DNA of 64,000 nt from contig OX597824.1 in assembly GCA_951406725.2 (NCBI GenBank), positions 65,410,001 through 65,474,000 on the forward strand. Reading direction: 5' to 3'. Within the stretch, counting starts at the first letter, position 1, and each line of letters starts with the position of its first letter. Positions 13,690-26,620 of this stretch are shown piece by piece. The translations under genes were made by a program, and so were the position numbers. Under the pieces are notes generated by a model. It was given only the letters and a program-made list of their open reading frames with translations, was not told the origin of the DNA and did not search any database. This DNA comes from Octopus vulgaris (taxonomy: Eukaryota).

Positions 13690-14020
13690 TTTGGGGGAGG
13701 GGTTATGTCAATTACATTGCATCCCACTAATGCTCAAGTGGTACTTATTTTATTGACTTTGGAAAGATTTGTGTACTAATGATTCTTCCAGCTTGCTGTC
13801 TTAAGGAATGGTAAATATTGATTTCAAATTTTAGCCTACAAGGCCAGCAATTTCAGGGAAGTGGGTAAGTCAATTACATTGACCCCAGTGCGCAACTGAT
13901 GCTTATTTTATCAACACTGAAAGGATGAAAGGCAAAGCTGACCTTGGTGGAGTTTGAACTGAGGAAATGCCGCTAAGCATTTTGCCCAGTGTGCTAAGAT
14001 TCTGCCAGTTAACTGCCTTA
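13690..14020 (-). mobile_element. Two SINE copies (GCCTTTCATCCTTT family)
   Basis: aaggatgaaaggcaaagctgaccttggtggagtttgaact...gctaagcattttgcccagtgtgctaa...ctgcc, matching 22385-22600. Confidence 0.8.
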
Positions 14021-16385
14021 AGGAATGGTAAATATTAAAAGCTAGTAGAGGAACAGAGGATTAATGAAACAGTTGAAGAAATCTGTCATCTGAAAATGTA
14101 ATCATTATGAAAATACTATTTGAAGTTAATAAAAAAATCCCCAAAACTTAATTTTTGTGTTTGAAAGGGATAATGAACTCTTGTTAAGGATCAACTGATT
14201 GTGTACTACACTAACTACTGTTGTTCTTGCATCATAAAATGCAGTCAGATGCGGCCCTTCTACTAATACATACATATAAATCCATATAAAAAGTTCAGAA
14301 GAGGAAATCGATCCATAATGGTCATGCTTTTGCATAAGGAAATAATTAGTAAAGTTTTTTTTGTTATATATATATAGACATAAAATATGAGAACTGGAAG
14401 AATTGCAGGAATTTCTGACATTCATGACTTTCTCAAAGACATTAGATATTATGTCAATGAGGGAAGGATATTTAAAATTTTAATCAAAAAGGAGTTTATC
14501 ATCCTAGTTTACAGATTATTGATTTACAAACTATTGAATATGCAACACAAAACAGTGGCACCTACATTAACAGTACATAGAAATATGTCAGTTAACATAT
14601 TGGACAAGAGAAAATTGAAGCCATATTGATAGAAGGGGTGCATCTGTCCACATTTTAGAAGCAAAAAACACAAATGTACTACGAATTGGAAACTGTGGAG
14701 ACTGTGGATGTCAAATTAGAGAATTGAAACAAACAGATCTGTTGCTCTGCTCAATCTTTCCTTGGAAAGTGATCGTTTTTAACTATAGTAACCATTTTGT
14801 TACTATATTTATGTTGGCTACAACTGCCTTTGTTTCTATTTAATTTTTTGAAATAATTGAAAACTATCATAATTAAGCTGTTGCTTAAAACAAATTAGCA
14901 TGAGATTCTGTTGGAAAATGTTAATCTGGATCACTTTAAAACAGGAAGTTTACATCATAGAGCAAAGGATGGTCTCAGGCAGGTTGGTATCAAAGGGGTT
15001 GATAAAATAATGTATATTTTATATAGCCTGTCTAGTTTAAGTTGTGCAAGAAGTGTTTGTACGGAAACAGTCAATATTGGCATAGGTCTTTAACCAGATT
15101 GAGTTCTTAGTCCCAAAGCGTAAGGCCTACTATAAATTTAGGTAAACACTCATCTAAGCTCCAGAAATTCATGGTGATTTAAGTTTAAAGTGGCCTTTAC
15201 TATAAATCTCTAACAGTTTAAAACAAACACCGCTCTGGATAAAATACTTGTTTTGTTTCTTGTTTTTTTTTTATCCATTTTATTAATTACATTTGAATAG
15301 ATTGTAGACTAGAGATAATTAAATATAACCTTATAGTTTAATTGTCTTTAATTACTTAATAAACAGTGTTTTTGGTTGTAAAAATAAGGATTTCTTATTT
15401 TACTTATTGATTTATTTTGCCTTTTATTAGTTTCATTTTTCATAGCTTTCTGGCTTGTTGCCATGGCATTTGTCACTTGCTCTGATTAAGTAGCTAGCAT
15501 CAGCTGTGTTTTTATATATTTATTTATTAGGTTTGAGGGGATTGTATTTATGTATATGTTTGTGTAATTTTATGTATATATATTTCTATATTGTGTTTTT
15601 GTGTGTGAATACACAGACATGTGTATACGTGTGTGTGTGTGTGTGTATGTGTGTGTGCTCCTGCCATCATCATCCTATATTAAATTGACAGGGGCAATGA
15701 AGAAGATAAAGCACTAAAATATTCTCCCCTCTTTCTACTACTCTGCCCTAAACAGTTCTAAACCTCCATCCTCCTTGGCAATCAATCCAACCTGGGGTCA
15801 CTCATATTTGACCTGTACCATTTGGCATGTGATAACCCTTAATCTCTTAAGAACTTTGTTAAATGTCATGTACGTAAGTCTATAAAGGCAACCAAAATAA
15901 CCGGAAGCTGTTCAACAATTGTTCTTTATAATAAATTATAACTCCTCTCTATTAGTTTTCCTTTAAAAAACAACATATATTTAAAACAAAAATTAAGTAT
16001 TTTATTTTTTGTTTTATTCTTCATCTTTTAAGAATTAATATTCCTGTGTTCATATTGTTGGTTTGAGTTTGAGGATGGGGTGGGATATCATTTTTATTTT
16101 GCATTCATTTACATTTCCACCAATTTCAGCTGCTAGAACCATCTCCTCCTCTTACAATGTCACCCCACCTCTCATCACCAACACTGCCACTACCCCCTCT
16201 CCCTTTAGCACAACTAAATCAATCCCACCCACATACATTTCTGCTAGTTTGGTTTTACTCTTTCATTTCTCACTGCTGTTAAAGTTGATAAATCCTATTT
16301 CATCTGTCCCCCACCCCCAAACTCCACACCAAGGCTTGTTTTTTAAACACTGCCAAATCTAAAAGTTCAGAGACTATTTCAACTA

Positions 16386-16542
16386 TACATTATTTACATT
16401 AATTACATTTGATGGATATTTGTCCTCATCTTAGTTGTTAACACATTTCGGCTGATATATTCTCCAGCCTTCATCAGGTGTCTTGGGGAAATTTCGAACC
16501 TGGGTTCTCATTCCTAAGGTATTTTTTGATGTTGTGATGTTG

Positions 16543-16593
<51 letters not shown>

Positions 16594-16695
16594 TCTCTGC
16601 CCACTACGCCATATGCCTGTGGGCATATGGCGTAGTGGTTAAGAGCGCAGGCTACTAACCCCAAGATTCTGAGTTCGATTCCAAGCAGTGACCTG

Positions 16696-16753
<58 letters not shown>

Positions 16754-16914
16754 CAACAACAACAACATTGAAAAATACCTTAGGAATGAGAACCCAGGTT
16801 CGAAATTTCCCCAAGACACCTGATGAAAGTTGGAGGGTAAATTAGCCAAAGCATGTTAACAACAAACAAGATGAGGACAAATACCCATCAAATGTAATTA
16901 ATGTAAATAATGTA
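16386..16914. mobile_element. Head-to-head palindromic element: tRNA-like Pol III head, (AAT)n and hammerhead-like tail on each arm
   Basis: The arms are reverse complements, with centre ccactacgccatatgcc-tgtg-ggcatatggcgtagtgg. A box at 16628-16638, B box at 16673-16682; CTGATGA-A-GGCTG-loop-CAGCC-GAAA on the minus strand at 16446-16477. Confidence 0.88.
16440..16482 (-). ncRNA. Minimal type I hammerhead ribozyme-like motif (stem III/NUH appears deleted in this copy)
   Basis: GACAC-CTGATGA-A-GGCTG-gagaatatat-CAGCC-GAAA-T-GTGTT; stem I GACAC/GTGTT, stem II 5 bp. Confidence 0.6.
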
Positions 16915-17266
16915 CATAATTTCTCATCTCTTAAATATAGAACTTAAAACAATGTATCTTCTAGAGGTAGCATCTTTTTACTATCAATCTGTTTCAAGGA
17001 GGAAGCTTCCTTATAGTCATTCAATGTGCTTGAAATAGTAACTAAACCTACCTCAGATCCTACCATACCACAATGAGAAAATGGTAAGGTGATGCAGTGT
17101 GCTTAAAATCCCTAAGTGAATGTCTGGAGTGCCTTTGGATCATAAGTTTATTTGTTCAGAGCTGACTTGTAGCTAATTAACATAATGACTCAAGTGAAAT
17201 AAAGGTTGACTGACTTGATTAAAAAAAAAAGTGCTATCTCAAAAAGATGGTAACTCTGTTAGTCTT

Positions 17267-17515
17267 CAGTGGTTCTCAGTCAGAGTCCATATGGCTCTTG
17301 GGTGTCCATATAAGATTTTTTGTTAGAATTTATGTGCAATAAATTGTTTATACTTCTATAATATATCAAATATTTTAACACTTTTTTAAATACAATTCCT
17401 AATAATATTTAATTATAAAAGGATTTTTTTAAAACATTGAATGGCTATGGGGGTCCATCTGAGTAAAATAGGGATCAAAGAAGTCCATAGGTAAAAAAAT
17501 GATTGAGGACTGGTC
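17267..17515. mobile_element. hAT-type MITE (second copy, inverted, at 55641-55900)
   Basis: Terminus CAGTGGTTCTCA; internal aaaacattgaatggctat.gggg.tcca shared in reverse with 55641-55900. Confidence 0.7.
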
Positions 17516-17789
17516 TAGAAGGTATATTGTATTAGGGAGCCTTGGTTACAAGATTTGCTAGAAATAATAGCAATCAATTCACATTCTAGCATCTTTGGTA
17601 TAGCAGAATTACTTTGGGTAATGTAGATCTGGATATACAAATAAAATGGTGTAGTCATGGCTGGAATGTCTTTAATTATAAATCTGTGCAGTTGAGGATT
17701 AGCTGACATAGAGCTGAATGACAATCTCTACTTCAGTCGGGATGTATATGGTCTGGGAAAATTATGTTTACTTTCATACTAAAGAGAAA

Positions 17790-17836
<47 letters not shown>

Positions 17837-18059
17837 ATAAATAAAGAAGAGAGAACAGATTTAAGTTATTTTTTATCAGTGTTAACAACATCCTCTCAGT
17901 TCTCTTTGCTAAACAGTGGTATATGCCAAGGACCTGTCATCTTTCTATTTAAAAAAAAAAAAACTCTTCTTCATCAAAAATATTCTGTTATTCATCACTA
18001 ATCTTGAATCATTCCTTGACAGGTGACACAAGCTACTGTCTTTCCTACTTCTTTTTTAA

Positions 18060-18279
18060 TCTTTTAGCATTCAGATTACTCTGTCAAATGTAATGCTTAT
18101 ATATTTACATTGTTTTGAATTAATCATGCATTATCCTGCAGCTTTGAGAGCTCAATGATGTGATGGTTTAAATTTAGAATGACATTGTAGGGTAGGTGTG
18201 AAAGACCAGATCTAGCCTGTTTGAACATAAAACAAGTAGAGTATTTGGATCTGATATGCCTTGTTTAAATGTTAAAGGA
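18060..18279. mobile_element. piggyBac-type MITE (copy of 30253-30436, opposite orientation)
   Basis: TTAA on both sides, decayed CCCTTTAGCATT TIRs, shared internal cagatta.tctgtcaaatgtaatgctta. Confidence 0.7.
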
Positions 18280-18469
18280 TTAAATCCAGTGATTTGTCCC
18301 AGCACTAACATCTATGCTTCTGGTTATGTATACATCTTTTTCTCACAAGAAATGAGACCTCTCCTTTGTTGTTCATCTTGACAGTGGTCCACACTGAATG
18401 AACAGACCTATGATCAAAGGCTTTCTACATAAGACTACTCAAGGTTAAAGTATTTGACTGAACAACTGA

Positions 18470-18700
18470 ATTATCATTGTTGAAAGAGATCCACCTTATT
18501 GGTTGATTTTTTGGTGCTAATGTATGTAGCAAAGTTGTTATATCCCAAGTGGAGGATGTTCTTAAGTTCTAGAAGTACTGCATGTATGGCATGAGGTGTC
18601 TAGACTGCATATGTGTGATGTTTATTTAGTAAAAGGTGCTATCATCTGCATAGGAGTGGTGTTGGCAGTGGTGGTGGGGTTAATATAGGCAGGTGATCAA
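18470..18700 (-). pseudogene. Decayed CR1/L2-group LINE RT fragment
   Basis: Minus-strand YIN...HSYADDSTF and LKNILHLGYNNFATYISTKK (cf. DL..I..W...N...FN.SKT). Confidence 0.5.
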
Positions 18701-18911
18701 GTGACCTTGCAAGAAATCTCCAGTTCAAGAAATGGAATATGGGTAAATATATAAATGAGTTGTGCTCAGGTTTTATTGAAGAAAACTAACACTAACAGAT
18801 GGATTTAATAACAAAAAAGTTGTATAAATAAGATTTGAGGAAATGCAGTGGAATTGTGTGTGTGCATGGGTGTCTCTATATGTGAGTGTATGCACATATA
18901 TGTATGCATGC

Positions 18912-19085
<174 letters not shown>

Positions 19086-19091
19086 CATACA

Positions 19092-19970
19092 CAGGGTGTG
19101 GTGAATAAACTGTTGTTTGAATTATGCAAAAATGAAAATAACACTGACACCTCATTTTAACAGATATTATTACATGAAAATATCTTGAAATATTAAAGAG
19201 TAAATTTATTGAATAAAATCACCATTGGCTTCAACCACTGACTCCAGATGACTTTGGAATCTCATGCAACTCTTCTGGACAGTCTTCTTGTTTATGTTGG
19301 TAAATGTTGCCATAATCCTTGTCTTCAATTCATCTTTGGTTTTACAAGAAGTTTTGTTGGTCTCTTGCTCAACTGCACCCCATGAATAATAATCAAGGGT
19401 GTTGCAGTCTGGGGAGTTTGATGGCCAAATGTTAGGGGTGATGTGGTTGCAGAAATTGTCTGACAGCCATGACTGGGTTCTCCTGCTTGTATGGTATGGT
19501 ACAGAGTCCTCTGACCAGACATAGGGTCTTCCAGCAGCCACCATCTTGACCTTAAGGTAGCACTACTTCCGCCAAGCACTTGATGTAGGCTTACATGTTG
19601 AGTCTTAGGGATGTGAGAAGATGAATGAAGGCATAACATCACCATCACTAGTGATCACTCCAAACACCATGATGTTGACTGGATGTTTAATTTTTATCAC
19701 TCTTGGTACATGTCCTCAGATTGCACTATCCTCGGATTGACACCCAAACACACTGAAATGTTCATATTAGAGCTTCTGGTATGAGTGCCAAGCAGTACAG
19801 CATCTCATTTCCAAATTTCTGGCAGAGTGAATTGCGTCATGGTGCTATTTCTCTCAGAGATAGTGCCCAACTGACCCTACTATACTGTGTAGTCAACAAA
19901 ATTAAAAACAAACAATTTCCATGTGTGAATTAAAACTATAAAATGGTGACAATTTACCCATCGCACCCTA
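19092..19970 (-). mobile_element. Internally deleted Tc1/mariner-superfamily DD37D (maT-like) transposon
   Basis: EDSVPYHTS...WPSNSPDCNTLDY has 37 residues between the 2nd and 3rd Asp. Imperfect TIRs cagggtgtggtgaataaactgt and acaatttacccatcgcacccta. Confidence 0.8.
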
Positions 19971-19984
19971 TACACACACACACA

Positions 19985-20136
19985 TACGATAGGCTTCTTT
20001 CAGTTTCCATCTACCAAATCCACTCACAAGGCTTTGGTCAGCCTGAGACTATGATAGAAGGTGCCATGGAATGGGACTGAACCCAGAATCATGTGGTTGG
20101 GAAGCAAGCTTCTTACCACACAGCCACTCCTGTGCC
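19985..20136 (-). mobile_element. tRNA-derived SINE (GGCTGTGTGGTAAGAAGCTTGCTTCCCAACCAC family; also ~10830-10930, 12460-12600, 27455-27900, 44040-44185, 49270-49430, 60610-60750)
   Basis: A/B box-like head and the shared block gccttgtgagtggatttggtagatggaaactgaaagaagcc. Confidence 0.85.
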
Positions 20137-20153
20137 TATTATGTATATGTATA

Positions 20154-20195
<42 letters not shown>

Positions 20196-20218
20196 TATAT
20201 AAACATATATATTTGTTT

Positions 20219-20252
<34 letters not shown>

Positions 20253-20279
20253 CTATATAAACATATATATACATATTAT

Positions 20280-20420
20280 ACGTAGAAAAATGCAAACTGG
20301 GACAAGAACATAAAACATTTAGAAGATGATACAAAAAACACAGACGGGACATTCAAAGCCTTCAATCTTCAGTCAAGAACCGGATCATCCTAGCAATTTC
20401 GGCTGATTAATCTTGAGATA
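20280..20420. mobile_element. Short repeat inserted in (TA)n, related to the direct repeats at 46783-47671
   Basis: Shared ggacaagaa...aaaacat...gatgatacaaaaaa...gcaatttc.gctg.tta..ct.gagat. Confidence 0.6.
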
Positions 20421-20889
20421 TATATGTATATATACATACATGCATCTAGTTATATAAATGACTGTATATCTATAAATGAATTGCGTCCAAAATATTTTCC
20501 TCATAATAAATTTCTCCACATGCATGTGTATGTGCGCATATGTGTGTACCTATACACGTTAATATATATATATATACACACACACACCAAACACACACAT
20601 ACATATATATATACACATACACACACAGAGCACATTCTTATTTGTCATGCAGTGTAGTTCAATATTTACTGTTCTCTATATCACAAAATATGTTACATCA
20701 TAATGTGTATTTTTATTCTCTCCAGACAGGTAGCATCAACTAGTGCTTATGTTGCTGGCAGTGTTAGCAGTAGTAATAGTAGCAGTTGTAGTAGTATTCA
20801 TAGTAACGGTGTTGGTGTGCAATACTACCGCTAGTTTCTAGTTATAGTTGTGGTGATAGCATTACCAGAAGTTATAGCAGTGGATTTTT

Positions 20890-21110
20890 CTACTACTACT
20901 ACTACATGTAGTAGTGGTGGTGGTGGTGGTGGTGGTGGTGGAGGAAGAAGAAGGAGAAGAAGATGATGATGATGATGATGAGGATGAAGAAGAAGATGAT
21001 GATGATGATGATGAAGATGAAGAAGAAGATGATGTTGAAGAAGAAGAAGATGATGATGATGATGATGATGAAAAAGAAGACGAAGATGAAGACGATGACA
21101 ACGACGACCA
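20890..21110. repeat. Compound trinucleotide microsatellite (GTG/GAA/GAT)n
   Basis: Direct observation; produces spurious poly-D/E, poly-S and poly-H ORFs. Confidence 0.9.
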
Positions 21111-21364
21111 GGCAACTGGTGGTTGTGATGTTACGATAAAATAATCAATATTTCTGTACCTCTCTGGTGCTTGTCTTGGGAACCAGTTTCTAAATCTACT
21201 TTGCTTCTAAGCACAGGCTCTAAATCATAGCTCTAAGTTGACAACTGTTAGCTGTCAAGATTGCGGCAGTATTATTATTATCATACATTCCCTTCCATCA
21301 TCCTCGTGGTATATATATAAAAAAAAGGATATTTTTATAATTACTGTTTATTGCCATAATAATC

Positions 21365-21609
21365 CTGTCTACTATAGGCACAAGGCCTGAAAGTTCTGAG
21401 GGGTGGGGATAGTTAATTACATTGACCCCCAGTGCTCAGTACTTATTTCATTGACCCTGAAAAGACAATAAACAAAGTAGACCTTGGTGAAATCTGAATT
21501 TAGATCATAAAGAAAGACTAAATTCAGCTCAGCATTTTGTCTGGTGTGCTGCCGGTTCTGCTGGTTCACCACTTTTTTTATTTCAATAATAATGGTATGT
21601 TTAATAATT

Positions 21610-21641
<32 letters not shown>

Positions 21642-21892
21642 AATAATAACCATCATCATCATCATCATCATCATCATTATCATCATTGTTTAATGTCTGC
21701 TTTCCATGCTAGCATGGGTTGGACGATTTGACTGAGGACTGGTGAACCAGGTGACTGCACCAGGCTCCAATCTGATCTGGCAGAGTTTCTATTGCTGGAT
21801 GTCCTTCCTAACACCAACAACTCCGAGAGTGTAGTGGGTGCTTTTATGTGCCACTGGCATAAGGGCCAGGCAGGCAGAATAATAATAATAAT

Positions 21893-21931
<39 letters not shown>

Positions 21932-22324
21932 CCTTATAGACAAAAGACATGAAATTTTGAGGGAGGGGACTAGTCAATTATATCAGTCTCAGTGCTTGAC
22001 AGATACTTAATGATGGAAAGGTAAAAATCAACCCTGGCGGAATTTGAACTCATAAAGACAGATGAAATGCTGCAAAGCATTTTGCCCAGTGTGCTAACAA
22101 TTCTACCAGCTCACTGCCTTATTTATTGCGATATTAATAATATGTTTAATAATAATAACTCTTTCTACTATAGGTACAAGGCCAAAAAGTTGTGAGGTGA
22201 GGACTAGTTGATTATATCGACCCCAGTGCTCAACTGGTATTTATCTTGTCAGCTCTGAAATGATGAAAGGCAAAGTCAACCTCAATGAAATTTGAACTCA
22301 GAATGTTGTTATGATAATAATAAT

Positions 22325-22371
<47 letters not shown>

Positions 22372-22820
22372 TGATGATAATAATAATCCTCTTTATTATA
22401 GGCACAAGGCCTGAAATTTTGGGGTATGGGGAATGTCAATCACATTGACTCCAGTACTTGACTGGTACTTAATTTATTGACCCCAAAAGGATGAAAGGCA
22501 AAGTTGACCTTGGCGGAATTTGAACTCAGAACATAGCAATGGGCAAAATACTGCTAAGCATTTTGCCCGGTGTGCTAAAGTTTCTGCCAGCTCAGTGCTT
22601 TAATAAGGATGATGGGGATGATGATAGCTGTTTCTGATTTGGACACAACCCCAGCAATTTTGAAGGGAGAGGATTAGTCAATACTATTGACAGCAGTACT
22701 TTACTGTTATTTTATTTTACCATCTCTAGAAGGACGAAAAGCAAAGTTGACCTTGCAGGATTTGAGCTCACAATATAAAAAGACCAAAAGCAAGCACTGC
22801 AATTTTTCCAATGCTCTAAT
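21365..22820 (-). mobile_element. Head-to-tail array of ~5 SINEs (GCCTTTCATCCTTT family) separated by (AAT)n, with an RTE 3' tail at 21650-21870
   Basis: The block taggcacaaggcctgaaa...attgaccccagtgct...atgaaaggcaaagt.gacc...atttgaactcag repeats at ~21375, 21935, 22170, 22400 and 22640. Confidence 0.85.
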
Positions 22821-22920
22821 GATTCTAGAAAATAAAGAAAAAAACCTTCAGAAGAAAAAGTTTAATAAAAAAACAACCAAAGACTTACAGATGTGACTCC
22901 TTAAAAGAAAAACAGTGCCA

Positions 22921-22976
22921 CTCATCTGATGAGCCTTAGATATGGTAAGAAAAATATGTAAGAAACATCTCAGGAG
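22921..22976 (+). ncRNA. Decayed hammerhead-like motif
   Basis: CTCAT-CTGATGA-GC-CTTAGATAT-ggtaagaaaa-ATATGTAA-GAAAC-ATC-TC-AGGAG; stem II and stem I partly preserved. Confidence 0.45.
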
Positions 22977-24399
22977 AACTGACTTTCCAGGAAATTCAAA
23001 AATTAATATTAATCTGCACTGTACATATTAACCTGCTAAAAATATGAATTACAGATTACTTGAAAATGAATGTGACATACCTTGAAAATAGGCCTTCTCT
23101 ATCAAATTTAAATTTAAAGCTTTATCTACCTTCATATATATTCAGCATCAAATCATATGTACAAAACACGTTTCTTCATGTAAATAATGTGGGGTTTTTT
23201 GTTACTCCTTAAGCAGGTAGCTGGAACAACTTCTCATCACTTTCTCTTGCCCCAGGCTACAGGTAATAGCCCAGTAGGAGATTGTGTAAAGCCTGCAAAA
23301 GAAAGAATAAAAACAAATAATGATATTATGTCTCAAATATTGTTGATTACATCAATCCAATATTCAATTCCTGAAGGATGAAAGGCAAATAGTATAAAAC
23401 AAAAGTAGATTGGGCAATATCACTGGTATTGCATTGATTTTTATATGGATAAAGATGATGTTTTATGCATGCTTGATCTTCCTTGCATAAATAACCAACT
23501 ATTTATTAAGTCCCTATAGAAAAACAAAGCCATGAGTACTTCTAGTGTTTTGAATTGTCTGTCATTTTCAAGTCATCTTGACATTTGGTATTGTTCTAAT
23601 GAGAAATGCCAGTAAGATTAACAGAAAACAGTGCAGTTTCATGATGGGGATTGGGTTGAATATATTCTGAGCTTTTAAGTTTCTGGTGGGCTTTAATCCT
23701 TCCTCCAAATTATGGCTAAATAATTATTAGCCTAAATAATGTTGAACAACTATTATTTTACATACACATTTAAATGTTTGTGTATCCACACTTGTACACA
23801 CACATGCACACATGCATATATGCAAACAATAGTGTTTCCTGTATGAATTCAAGGCATGCAAAACTGAATGTGAATAACAAGACAGATTTTAATATGTTTT
23901 TCATTTTTATGAGAGACAGGTAGAAATAGAATCCATGCAATGTATGCTATATATATATCCTATTTCAATTATAAGGCTTTGATTTTTAATATATATTCTG
24001 GTTGACATACCAGGAACCACCCATCATAGATATGTGTGTGTGTGAAAGTATGACATTCATATGTGTCTTCTTGCACATGGCGTGTGTGTGATGTGTCTAT
24101 CTGTGTATCGTGGATGCATGATACTCATTGAATAATTCTTGTGCCTTTGTGCAAACTTTTGTGTGTATTTTGTATGTTTAAAGATATTCAAAAAAATGCT
24201 GTATTGTGTGTGCATATGATTGTTCATGCACACGTGTGTTTCTTTATCTGTGCACTTGTTGCTCTCTTTCTCTTTCCACATGGTAGGTATTTCACAACAC
24301 CACATAACGCGTTTAACACCTATACCAACACATGAACACTTACTGACATTTATTGTAATATATATTTTTCGTTGTACTGTTAGCTATTCATTATAAATG

Positions 24400-24441
<42 letters not shown>

Positions 24442-26204
24442 TTGTGTGTGTGTATGTATATCTGAGTATGGTAACTAGGTAACGTATGTGACAGTGACAT
24501 GACCTGCTAAGACTTTACAAAAGAGTCAAGTTACTTGTTGTCGCCCCAAAGTCTGGGCCTGTTGCCAGCACTCTGTACTGACCCTGCACTACTGTTACAA
24601 ACAAACTTACATTAAAGTGATGATGGTGGTCACTAGATCTTCAATGAATAAATATTTAGCCATTACTGTTAATTTATATTGTTTTAGAAATTGCCTTTCT
24701 TACTGGCTGCTGTGGTCTTTTGAATATTAATTTCTCTTTAACCTTTTCTTAATTTGGAAACTATTTTTTTTTGTGTGTGTAACAGTATGGTGATGAAATG
24801 AATAAAAGTTGAAGTCTGTTCTTCATCACATATCTATTGTTACTTTAGAAAGAAAAAACAGAGCATCAAAAGACAGAGTTCATTTTACAATATCATGTAG
24901 GAATTTTTGCTGTGTGGTGATGAATATTGATATACTGGAGTGGTTAGCTTATGAAGGATTTCTTATATTTTGCTGATAGTCATGTTTTTGAAACAGGTTC
25001 GGAAGAGAAAAGTTATGGTGGTCTGTTGGTTGGTGGTATCTGTTAGAGAAAGAATTTCATTTGCAGTCATGCTCTGTTGCTTATGACTGTTTGCTTCTGT
25101 CGTTTTTACCTGCCAATAGCTTTTATCTCATCAACTTGTTGCTCACTGATCAAGTATGTTCCTACCTCTGTCAAACTTTGTTCCTTTGCAAGCTGTTTGC
25201 TACACTTTTTATAAGCTGTGATTAGCATAAGCAAAGCTTGAATAATTTTCAATCAACAATTTTCATTTGTTCTCCATTGTTGTCCTTTAATACTGATCTC
25301 CATCCATATTTTCATTGATGACCCACCCACTCCTACTTTGCCACCAAAATATCCCTTCTCTCCTACCTCCATATGTTTCAATCTCTCATACTCTACACCT
25401 GCCTGTCTTCCCCACCCACCCCTGCAACCTACCCACCAGGATGTCTCCCTTTCACCCCCATGTATACTGTATCATCATTTCTATTCTACTGCTCTGCACT
25501 ATCAGACATCCCTTACTCCGCTCATACACTCATTCTTGGTACCCTTGCTTCACCTGTTCCTACCCACCTTGCACCTTCAAGGTACACTCTGACACCTCAT
25601 TACCACTTATATCACTTTCCAACTTCCCACTCCACCCTCTCTTCTAAAATGTGGGTGGTTGTACTGCCCCTCTACAGTAAGAAATCCTTTCTACTCTAGC
25701 CCTTTCTCACATGCCTCACCTCTCTCTACTCCTTATCTTCCCAGTATAAAGTTCCCCTCCCTTAATCTTGCAAGCTGCATGGTAACCTTACAAGTGCTGA
25801 TGGTACTCTGTTAAGTGATTGGCATGAGGAAGGGCATCCAGTCATGGAAACCATGCCAAACAAACACTGGAGCATAATGCAGTCTTTGGGCCCATCAGAT
25901 CCTGTGAAACTATTCAACTTTTGCTTGCATGTGATAATGACAATGACAGTGAAAAAAGAATTTTGGATTTGTTAGAATTTTTGCTAACATCATTTAAAGA
26001 GTAGGATGTGTAGCTGTTGAGCGTCATTGGTTAGATTTTTTTTTGACATCATCACATTTACATGTTGTTTTGACCAGATTCCAAAAATTCTTAGAAAATT
26101 TTTGATCATATTTTTACTGATGTGACAAAATACCAGTTACAACATTTCATGTTTGGAAGCCAAGAGTTTCCAAGTTCAAATCACAGTATAGATCTGATGT
26201 GTGT

Positions 26205-26620
26205 CATCATCATCAGCATCATCATCATCATCATTTAACATCTGCTTTCCATGCTAGCATGGGTTGGATGATTTGACTGAGGACTGGCGAACCAGATGGC
26301 TGCACCAGACTTCAATCTCAATCTGGCAGAGTTTCTACAGCTGGATGCCCTTCCTAAAGCCAACCACTCCGAGAGTGTAGTGGGTGCTTTTACATGCTAT
26401 CAGCATGAGGGCCAGTTCATCGGCACTGGCAACGACCTCGTTTTTTCACATGCCACCAGCACAAGTGCTAGTAAGGCGATGCTGGTAACGATCATGCTCA
26501 AATGGTGTTTTTTACATGCCACCGGCATGGAAGCCAGTTAGCTGCTCTGGCAATGATCACGCTCGAATGGTGCTCTTAGTGCTCCACTAGCACAGATGCC
26601 AGTCATTGAATTTAATTTCG
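26205..26620 (-). mobile_element. RTE LINE 3' UTR/tail fragment (similar tails on + at 25765-25945, 38335-38540, 40680-40915)
   Basis: (CAT)n then ttccatgctagcatgggttgga...ctacagctggatgcccttcctaa.gccaaccactccg.gagtgtagtgggtgc, nearly identical to 50165-50350. Confidence 0.88.

Noticed and set aside
14387-14629. 80-aa ORF as a possible exon
   Set aside because: No CELSR-like motif or convincing splice pair; at most a highly decayed LINE C-terminal remnant.
16621-16695. Genuine tRNA gene (ACT anticodon-like loop)
   Set aside because: The acceptor and T stems do not close properly and it sits in a palindromic repeat, so it is treated as a tRNA-derived SINE-like head. The same applies to the heads at 33508 and 43423.
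20831-21144. Acidic poly-D/E, poly-S and poly-H ORFs
   Set aside because: Compound trinucleotide microsatellite that is low-complexity in every frame, with no splice or domain support.
25315-25699. Three overlapping ORFs in a C/T-rich tract
   Set aside because: Stop-poor pyrimidine-rich repeat sequence adjoining an RTE tail, with no recognisable domain.
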